A stretch of DNA of 64,000 bases from a virus. Of the stretch, positions 56,528 through 64,000 are shown one piece after another (the stretch's first letter is position 1; every line of letters begins with the position of its first letter). The notes under the pieces are model-generated. The model did no database searches. It saw only the letters and a list, made by a program, of their open reading frames with translations, and was not told where the DNA came from. Made by a program: the position numbers and the translations under genes. The stretch lies in the IMG/VR virus record IMGVR_UViG_3300009001_000006, positions 1-64,000 of that record; one strand, 5' to 3'.

Positions 56528-57321
56528 TGATAAAAGAATATAATAAATTAAATGAACCACAAAAACAAAAATTAATACAAGAACTGTATGTTCAGGATAA
56601 TAAAAGTTTCCAAGCTATTGCTAAAGAATATAATACATATCCGAACAAAATACTTAGGGACGCTAAAAAATTTAATATACCTATCAAAAATAAATCACAA
56701 GCACAAAAGAATGCTTTAAAAAAGGGCGTTATTAAGCACCCAACAAAAGGTAGGAGTAGGACACAGGACGAGAAAAATAAAATCGGACTAGGTGTCTTAA
56801 ATACATGGTCTAAGGCTGATGAAAAAACAAAGAATAAAAAGAAAGATCAAGCTAAAAAACTATGGGACAAAAAAACAGAAGATGAGCGGAACCAAATGCT
56901 ACAAAAAGCTAATTACGCCGTAAGGGAAAGTAGCAAAAAAGGGTCCAAGATGGAGCATTTTATTTTAAATTTTTTGGTAGATAATGGTATAAAGGTAGAT
57001 TTCCATAAAGAGCAATTCTTAGTAAATACCAAATTGCAAATAGACCTGTTTTTACCTAAGATAAACGTAGCAATAGAAGTAGATGGCCCATCGCACTTTG
57101 AGTCTGTGTGGGGAGAAGAAGTACTTCAAAGAAACATAGCTTATGATGCAAAGAAAACAGGTTTGATTATTGGTAAAGGATATAAACTAATTAGGGTAAA
57201 ACAAAAAAGGGATTTCTCAAATACAAGAGCTAAAATTGTATGCGATAAAATATTGAGTGTAATTAATAATATAGAAAATAACAGCAACAAAGTTACAGAA
57301 ATAGAGGACAATAATGCCTAG
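56527..57321 (+). CDS. Vsr/DUF559-like endonuclease with HTH/NUMOD3-like basic N-terminus (putative homing endonuclease)
   Basis: HPTKG..R..EEK-type NUMOD3-like segment; IDLFLP....IEVDGPSH...D..K......GY..IR. Confidence 0.7.
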   Translation: MIKEYNKLNEPQKQKLIQELYVQDNKSFQAIAKEYNTYPNKILRDAKKFNIPIKNKSQAQKNALKKGVIKHPTKGRSRTQDEKNKIGLGVLNTWSKADEKTKNKKKDQAKKLWDKKTEDERNQMLQKANYAVRESSKKGSKMEHFILNFLVDNGIKVDFHKEQFLVNTKLQIDLFLPKINVAIEVDGPSHFESVWGEEVLQRNIAYDAKKTGLIIGKGYKLIRVKQKRDFSNTRAKIVCDKILSVINNIENNSNKVTEIEDNNA

Positions 57322-58045
57322 ACCCAAAAAAACACAAACAACAGAAACACAGACAGAAGTTAAGGAACAAGGCCAACAATATACGATATGGGATATTGAA
57401 TGGACAGATTATGTGTTGTCTTTGCTCTCAGAAGATGAAAAAATTCAAGGCAATCCAACTACAGACGGTTTGAGACGGGTTTTTGAAAAAGCCTTAAACT
57501 GCGTACTAGTAGAATCAACATCTGATGTGGTGCAATCCCCCTGCCCAACCAATGAGAAAAGAGCCACTGTGGTACATTCTCTGAGCTATATTTTAAAAGA
57601 TATACCCCAAGATAGCCCATTTAATACTATCACGGTAAATGGAGCCGCAGACGTTTATTGGGGTAATTGTGACAAGGTGTTCAGGAATCATCCTGTAGCC
57701 GTAGCTGAGACTAGGGCAGAGGGTAGGGCTTTAAGAAGAGCCTTAAGGCTACGTAAAGTACTAGCTGCTGAAGAAGTAGTAGATAGTACAGAAGATGATA
57801 TTGGTGCTGATAATGTGACCAAAATTACTAATAATCAAATTAATTTTATAGACGTCATTGCCAAAAGATTAGATATAAATGTATTATCTATTATTAAAAA
57901 TCTAGGTATAAATGAAGATAATGTAAAAAACATATTGCATGAAGATGCCTTAAGGGTTATTAGAGAGTTATCTTCGTATCAACAAAAAGTAGATGATATA
58001 CCAGAAGATATTAAAGGTTACGTCAACAACTGGAGCTTATTATGA
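57314..58045 (+). CDS. Putative Rad52/Sak-like ssDNA annealing protein
   Basis: GL....E, G.AD, AVAETRAEGRALRRAL; IT..QI C-terminal module. Confidence 0.55.
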   Translation: MPRPKKTQTTETQTEVKEQGQQYTIWDIEWTDYVLSLLSEDEKIQGNPTTDGLRRVFEKALNCVLVESTSDVVQSPCPTNEKRATVVHSLSYILKDIPQDSPFNTITVNGAADVYWGNCDKVFRNHPVAVAETRAEGRALRRALRLRKVLAAEEVVDSTEDDIGADNVTKITNNQINFIDVIAKRLDINVLSIIKNLGINEDNVKNILHEDALRVIRELSSYQQKVDDIPEDIKGYVNNWSLL

Positions 58046-58365
58046 AAGTCAAGTATCGAGCAAATGAAAAATTGGAATTTGAGGTAGAAGGTTCTGGGCA
58101 AAAAGAGCTTTTTAAAGAACTATCTGCTATTCAGGAAATTTTTGGTGAAGAACAATGCGGTATGTGTAAGAGCCCTAATATCAAATTTGGTGTTAGAAGT
58201 GTAGAAGGTAATGATTATTTTGAAATGAAATGCTCTAAATGCGGAGCTACACTATCGTTTGGTCAGCACAAGAAGGGCGGAACTCTTTTCCCGAAAAGGA
58301 AAGATAATGAAAACAATGAATACCTACCAAATAACGGTTGGTATAAGTGGCAAGGTAAAAACTAA
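58042..58365 (+). CDS. Zinc-ribbon hypothetical protein
   Basis: CGMC...CSKC, LSFGQ.K.G..LFPK, GW.KW. Confidence 0.7.
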   Translation: MKVKYRANEKLEFEVEGSGQKELFKELSAIQEIFGEEQCGMCKSPNIKFGVRSVEGNDYFEMKCSKCGATLSFGQHKKGGTLFPKRKDNENNEYLPNNGWYKWQGKN

Positions 58366-61300
58366 TTATTGATTTTCGTAAAAATTAGGCGGCGGAGTAT
58401 AGCATTCTACTATATCCTCCCACATTAAACAATCAGGGCCCTGTGTTTCAGACTTATGAACCAGGGCTTGATGCTTGCCTTCTTTATAACCTTTTAGTGT
58501 TTGTAAACACTCAAGATTACACCAGCAACTTGTTGGTGTCGGTATGGTTGGTTGAGATACGGCTGGGGTAGCTGTTGTTGTTGGACAGCAAACCTCATTA
58601 GGGTCTTTATATGCTCTGCTACTTTCTAGAACAATATATCTATTATCATCATAATAAGCATATACTGTATCACATTTACAAAGCTCTATGCCTAAATAAT
58701 CATATATTTTAATTTTTGCTTTTTCAATAGATTTTTTAACATTCTTACCATCCTTATCCCAAATATCATAATATTCATAAAAACTTACCCCACCACCATC
58801 GGGATTAATTAATTCTGCCTCAACAACACCATATTTCGCTAAATTGCCTAGTAATCTTGCTACCACAATCTTATTAGCTGGCGGAGCTACCCAAACTCCT
58901 CTTTCTCTATCCCATCGTAAATCTATCGGACCAGCAGGCCATGTTTTAGGATTTTCTAGCCAATTTTTGAGGAATTTATCTTGTAGACCTTTTCTTCTAA
59001 ATTTACCCTGCTCTGTTTCAGCTGCTGAGTCAATAGCATTAGGTATGGGCTTTCCAGAAGTATCATAACCCCAAGCCTGTAAACTTAAAGGACCTCTTAA
59101 AATATTATACCTAAAGTTTTCAGATGCTTGTCTATTTCGTTCATCTTCGTCTAAATGTGTTAATTTATAATCTTCGTCAGTACCCCAACTAATAACATTG
59201 CAAATAAATCCTTTAAAGCTATTGTTTTGTCTGCCATCCCAATTATTCAACATTGCTTCAGAGGTTACGGCATTTAAATACTGTTGATGAACCGCTAGGT
59301 CATATGTTAATTCAGAGTCTAAAAGAAAGGGTGGAATTTCGTTTCTAGGTCTAGAATTGGGTGGTTTACCGGGCGTACTGTCCTCTGGTTTTTGTCCATA
59401 CTCCATAATTCCACAATCATAATCCTGATACATAGCTAGTCGTGGTAATTGATATTCATCGTCACCTTCTTGATTGGTGCTGATGGGTGTAAATATCAAA
59501 TCCAAAGTAGAAATAGCATGTCTTTTAAAGGTATTTTTTTTAACGTGTTCCCAGGTATATCCTTTTTCAAGCTCTAATTTAGGTCTATTTTTCAAAATAT
59601 TACCGGTAGAAGCACTAGATCCACCACCTAGATCTGGTGGTGGTATATATGGCTTACATGGTCTACAACCTCTTTCGAGGCCCTTCGAACCATCATGACA
59701 ATCTGTGCCCCCACTAGCATTGGTATCTTTACTTCTCATGAAAAATGAGCCAATTAATATTAAACCTGGACTTGTTCCAGAACCTTGTGTATTACCTCCA
59801 CCATCATTTTGTGTAACTACCCCAGCAGTACCTGGTATCTGAAAACTTTGCGTAGATGCATCTTGCAGAGCCGTATCAGTGCTATTGATAAGTTTCTGTA
59901 ATTCTAAACTTTGATCCTTGAAGAATTTATTAATATAAGACATCGACTGATAGCTTTTAGACCACAAATCAGCCAATGCTCTACCAGGACTACCAAACTT
60001 TGGAGTATAAGTTTGAAAATTATAAGTAGTAGTATACCCACCTTCACCAATATTAATATTTATATCAGTAAGAGTAGCAGCATTAGTGCCGACCATATAG
60101 CCTATATTGTAAGATGGTAGGGCAGCAACAGTAACCGAGCCCTTTTCTTGTTTTTGCAATCCTCTAGGACCATCAGCAGCAATTAAATTGCCATACTGAT
60201 TCATTCTTGCATAGCCATCGTCAAAACCATTTGTAAATTTCCATGGACACAATTCTTTATTATTTTCATATATCGTTCCACCAACAGGATTGCTCACAAA
60301 ACTCCAAGGACCATAAACAAAAAGATTGCTTCTCATAGGAAGTATAAAATGATCTGGAACAACACATGGTCTATGGCTTTTTAAGACATTAAAAGCACTA
60401 GTGTTAGTAGGAGCACCATCATTTCGATCTTGGGGATCATCACAAAATATATCCTGTAAAGCCTCCATTCTTGACTGGTCAGTATTACCATCAAAAAGAG
60501 TCATCATAGCCACAGCGCCTTGGCTAATTAAATTCTGATCACATAATTTACCATCTGCTTGTAATCTTAATCTTGGTGGCCCACTAACACTCACTCTAAC
60601 ATACTGCTTGCCATCGACTTGATAAATAGCCTCTGTTGTCGATGACTTTAGGTATAATGATTGAGCCTTGGTGTAAAAAGCCTCATCGCTACAACTACTA
60701 AGTTCAACCTCCCAGGTATTATCTAATTTATTGATATTTTTTCTTTCATCTATCTTAACAAAGGGGCCTATTCGATTGTCTGATTCATGAAATAAAAGAG
60801 TTTCTGGACCTATAGTAAGTCCCAATATTTGATTTGCACCAGGATTAGGCCATCCACCAGCAGATGATGGCATATCAGAAGTGTAAAATAAACCACCAGG
60901 TTCTGCTTTTAAATTAAATGCTGGTTTATTGCCAAACTTATCTTTAATACAAATACCCGAATTCTGATCGCCAACCTGTACAAGATACTCTCTGCCATAA
61001 TATTTATCATGAATATTTTTTAACCAATTAAAAGCTTCTTGTAGTTTAGGCATAATTTCTTTACGATTATTTCGCACCAATTGATTCATATGCTCATTAA
61101 CGCTTTGAGCTGTACGATTCTCTGCGAAATTTGTTAAAAAGTCAGCAACATTATCTCTTAATTTTGCCATATCAAAACCCAAAGCACTCATAACCTTATA
61201 ACCAAAAGTAAGCTGACCAGTACCAGCTTCTCCTACATACATGCACCATGTTTGATATGAAGCTGTAGCTAATAACTCTTTTTCTGTAAGCTCGAACGAC

Positions 61301-61446
61301 GTAAAGTTATTGGCTATACCTAAAGCCTCGCATATCATCGTACAATCATAATCTGCAATAAAAACCTGCTCAGGATCAGATAGATATACATTAAATCCTT
61401 GTGCTGTTAATCTTTCTCCAAAAAACATTTTAACAGAGCATGCCAT
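58366..61446 (-). CDS. Large probable virion (tail/baseplate) protein with C-terminal Cys/PT-rich segment
   Basis: 1026 aa; YGPW, G.TTTY.F.TYT, GPIDLRWD..RGVW; terminal CCPTTTATP...PTPTSCWC. Confidence 0.6.
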   Translation of the reverse strand: MACSVKMFFGERLTAQGFNVYLSDPEQVFIADYDCTMICEALGIANNFTSFELTEKELLATASYQTWCMYVGEAGTGQLTFGYKVMSALGFDMAKLRDNVADFLTNFAENRTAQSVNEHMNQLVRNNRKEIMPKLQEAFNWLKNIHDKYYGREYLVQVGDQNSGICIKDKFGNKPAFNLKAEPGGLFYTSDMPSSAGGWPNPGANQILGLTIGPETLLFHESDNRIGPFVKIDERKNINKLDNTWEVELSSCSDEAFYTKAQSLYLKSSTTEAIYQVDGKQYVRVSVSGPPRLRLQADGKLCDQNLISQGAVAMMTLFDGNTDQSRMEALQDIFCDDPQDRNDGAPTNTSAFNVLKSHRPCVVPDHFILPMRSNLFVYGPWSFVSNPVGGTIYENNKELCPWKFTNGFDDGYARMNQYGNLIAADGPRGLQKQEKGSVTVAALPSYNIGYMVGTNAATLTDININIGEGGYTTTYNFQTYTPKFGSPGRALADLWSKSYQSMSYINKFFKDQSLELQKLINSTDTALQDASTQSFQIPGTAGVVTQNDGGGNTQGSGTSPGLILIGSFFMRSKDTNASGGTDCHDGSKGLERGCRPCKPYIPPPDLGGGSSASTGNILKNRPKLELEKGYTWEHVKKNTFKRHAISTLDLIFTPISTNQEGDDEYQLPRLAMYQDYDCGIMEYGQKPEDSTPGKPPNSRPRNEIPPFLLDSELTYDLAVHQQYLNAVTSEAMLNNWDGRQNNSFKGFICNVISWGTDEDYKLTHLDEDERNRQASENFRYNILRGPLSLQAWGYDTSGKPIPNAIDSAAETEQGKFRRKGLQDKFLKNWLENPKTWPAGPIDLRWDRERGVWVAPPANKIVVARLLGNLAKYGVVEAELINPDGGGVSFYEYYDIWDKDGKNVKKSIEKAKIKIYDYLGIELCKCDTVYAYYDDNRYIVLESSRAYKDPNEVCCPTTTATPAVSQPTIPTPTSCWCNLECLQTLKGYKEGKHQALVHKSETQGPDCLMWEDIVECYTPPPNFYENQ

Positions 61447-61449
61447 AAT

Positions 61450-62403
61450 TTATTGATCCTCCTGATTTAAAGAATTATCAACAGCAGGAGTGCTTTGTGT
61501 AATTTGATTTCCAACATAACCTAATCCTGTCACCACAGGATCGTCTGGCACAGGTCTTACACCAGGTGTACCCGGCCGACCTTCACAATCACCCGCCTTA
61601 TCTACATTAGTAAGATAATGTACATTTTCTCCTATTACAAATTTCTTACTAGGCTCATAAGCTGTTTCTTCACCATATCTATAATCTATAGTACCTGCAC
61701 CGCCACAAGAACCGGCAGCTATACTATTTAACAATGTTCTCAAAGCACCGCTAGGGGGTGCGATTTTTTTACTAATAGGCACAAACGTAAAGTAGCTACC
61801 AACAATTTGTACAAAAAAATCATAACCAGCTTCTTGGCATGCCTGATCAACAATATTTAAAACATTACTATGACTATCACTAATTCTAAGGTAAAATGGA
61901 CATATGGCAATAATTTGAGATAAATCCATATATAAAGTTCCGCCACAAACAGGTAATAGCACAGCCCTTTGGTTTAGTGCTTGTAAGACATAATTCATAG
62001 GAATGCCAGACTCATCCTTCAATGAATTCATAAAATCGCCACAATCAAAATTACAAATACTAGGCTCTAAAAGAGCTAAAACATTATATATATTAGGACT
62101 ATTAATAGGACAATAATAATCATCTAATACTGCGATAACATTATTCAGGCTTTGTCTGCCATCCGTAAGTCTGACGTCCCACACTAATCCGCCAGAAGAT
62201 TCCTGATATGTATGATCTGCTAATACACCGGTGAAAGAAAGCCCACCAACAGCTATGGTATATATGCAACCTAAAGACCCATTATAAGTGCCACAATCTC
62301 TTTGTTCTACTAGTTTTAAGGAAACGCTAGACTCGTTACTACCGAAACCTAAATTACATGTGATACTAGCTATTTCGCAATTAAATGCTTTAGTAGAAGC
62401 CAT
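61450..62403 (-). CDS. Probable virion (tail/baseplate hub-like) protein
   Basis: LGFG...S.V.L.LVE, FTGVL, V.LTD.R..L; in frame with the downstream 1026 aa gene. Confidence 0.55.
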   Translation of the reverse strand: MASTKAFNCEIASITCNLGFGSNESSVSLKLVEQRDCGTYNGSLGCIYTIAVGGLSFTGVLADHTYQESSGGLVWDVRLTDGRQSLNNVIAVLDDYYCPINSPNIYNVLALLEPSICNFDCGDFMNSLKDESGIPMNYVLQALNQRAVLLPVCGGTLYMDLSQIIAICPFYLRISDSHSNVLNIVDQACQEAGYDFFVQIVGSYFTFVPISKKIAPPSGALRTLLNSIAAGSCGGAGTIDYRYGEETAYEPSKKFVIGENVHYLTNVDKAGDCEGRPGTPGVRPVPDDPVVTGLGYVGNQITQSTPAVDNSLNQEDQ

Positions 62404-64000
62404 TTGGTTCTTTCTCTAGTATAATGGTGACTAAATCTTTTGATTTGTTGATAAAGAATTCCTGTTTTTTTGATAAGTATCCTTCGTGCCAAGATTCTAT
62501 AGAATATTTGCCATAATCCAATTCTACAATACCATATCCACAACCATCGATTTTATTTCCATCATCATCAATGATTTCATAACAAGCTTCAGATGGTGAT
62601 ATATTAATTAATACCCCGTTTGTAAATTCTGGTGATGTGAATAATAATTTACTTGGTGTTTTATCGTAAGTATTTAATGATTCTATAGGAATATCATAGG
62701 TTTTTGACATCATAGCTTGAGAATATTGTTGTTCTTCTTTAAATGATTTTAATATAGTGAATGCATAATATTCGCTATTTATATTTGTCTTATTATATTC
62801 AATAGCATAAATATATCTATCGTATACTTTAATTTTATAATCCCCATGGGTCAAATCATTAATCCTTAAATAATTGTCCTTAATATCATAATATGATTTA
62901 TTATCGTCTTTGTCTATTAATTCAGCTTTTAAAGAATTCTTATCTCCACCAGCAACATATAAATATATCTCACCAAGATTGTTATTAGATTTGGTGGTCA
63001 AACACCTAATATCAATTTGTTTAGACTTGTTGAGAAAATTTAAAACTTGCTCTGGATTATTAGGTAAAAAATTAATAATTGTTGATATATTTGGAGATAT
63101 ATAAAGACCGCTAGTTGTATAAGAGTACCTAATAGTTTCTGTAATAGATTTATCTGTCTTTGTATCTGTTAAAGACACAATATCATCATTGTGAAATAAA
63201 TATTCATAATTTTTATCTAATATAATAGATCCTATTAATAATTTATTTTGATTATTAAATGTCGTATCATGGTATAAGGTGATGTCTTCGTCGCCAATAG
63301 ATAATACAGAAGTAGCTTGTGATATTCTGGTTAATCCAGGACTAATATAAAAATACATATAATCTAGACCATCAATACTTACAGTATCAAAGTCTAATAC
63401 TATATTTTGCTCTGTTTTTTGTTTTTTGTGCTCTAAGACAATTTTATTCGATTTTAATTTTTTGTGGAAGTCTTTTATTTTATTTTTTTCTAGTGGTATT
63501 AATAAAAGATTATAAAGCTTTTGTGTTGTTTCTTCAGGAAAATAAGATTCGCTACGGTAGTCTGCAGAAATTTTTGTATTAACTAAAATATTAGATGGCT
63601 CAGATATGAAAAAATCCTTATATATCTTACAGTTATTAGAGTCTGTAACAATTAATGTATAATAATTAGACTTGAGTTTATTTTTAATAGAGTTTTTATT
63701 AACAACAATAGGTTTGCTATCATCCTGTATAAACCAAGCTATAGAATATGGGGCTTTACCACCAGATATTGTACATTCAACATTTTCTGATGTTCCGCCA
63801 TTATATTTAATGGGCTCCCATTGTAATTCTACTTTTAAATAGTCTATTTTTTTACTAATATTTTTACGCTCAACCATACAACCCAAACTATCTTTAATAG
63901 TAATATCATATGTATGATCGGCTTTAATCTCATCAACTATATTATTATCATTAGTAGTAATATTTTTACCGTTTATAGACACAGCATATGGTGATTTACC
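62390..64000 (-). CDS. Beta-sandwich (SprB-repeat-like) protein, 5'-truncated at window end
   Basis: ISGGKAPYS..W, Y.L.VTDSNNC, Y.ITIKDS.GC repeats; frame continues past the window edge. Confidence 0.6.
   Translation of the reverse strand, partial: GKSPYAVSINGKNITTNDNNIVDEIKADHTYDITIKDSLGCMVERKNISKKIDYLKVELQWEPIKYNGGTSENVECTISGGKAPYSIAWFIQDDSKPIVVNKNSIKNKLKSNYYTLIVTDSNNCKIYKDFFISEPSNILVNTKISADYRSESYFPEETTQKLYNLLLIPLEKNKIKDFHKKLKSNKIVLEHKKQKTEQNIVLDFDTVSIDGLDYMYFYISPGLTRISQATSVLSIGDEDITLYHDTTFNNQNKLLIGSIILDKNYEYLFHNDDIVSLTDTKTDKSITETIRYSYTTSGLYISPNISTIINFLPNNPEQVLNFLNKSKQIDIRCLTTKSNNNLGEIYLYVAGGDKNSLKAELIDKDDNKSYYDIKDNYLRINDLTHGDYKIKVYDRYIYAIEYNKTNINSEYYAFTILKSFKEEQQYSQAMMSKTYDIPIESLNTYDKTPSKLLFTSPEFTNGVLINISPSEACYEIIDDDGNKIDGCGYGIVELDYGKYSIESWHEGYLSKKQEFFINKSKDLVTIILEKEPNGFY

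Noticed and set aside
1-64000. Alternative genetic code (stop-codon reassignment), as in some large phages
   Set aside because: Conserved genes are full length under code 11, and TAA, TGA and TAG all terminate genes at expected positions.

Overview
This is an AT-rich, densely coded 64 kb fragment of a large dsDNA bacteriophage, probably a tailed jumbo-type phage. It uses the standard genetic code, and I saw no tRNA, rRNA or CRISPR array. Positions 1-58365 are almost entirely + strand, in this order: the end of a Cys-rich, mucin-like (Thr/Pro) protein; a large glycan-building region (glf, RgpF-like, GT4, GT2, GT25 and GT60 glycosyltransferases, then fcl, gmd, GT47, GT23, GT11 and two sulfotransferases) interleaved with a macrodomain, NDT-like enzyme, guaC, PAP2 phosphatase, phage sigma factor, ClpP, a catalytically eroded DeoC and a membrane-protein/papain-like peptidase block; nucleotide metabolism (dCMP deaminase, class II RNR, PhoH, dNMP kinase); a bacterial-type replisome (RecA, DnaB, DnaG, SSB, and a DnaE split into two genes around a DEDDh exonuclease); and further GT-B enzymes and nucleases. 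Positions 58366-64000 carry convergent minus-strand genes, probably structural. Two promoter classes are visible: host sigma70-type promoters and a recurrent GGTGTATAAT-like motif. Top candidates are (1) a phage-encoded mucin-type protein O-glycosylation system that may coat Thr/Pro-rich virion proteins with fucosylated, sulfated and galactofuranosylated glycans, (2) an intein-free split DnaE, and (3) a possible non-canonical lysis module. All family assignments come from motif recognition by eye; no database searches were run.
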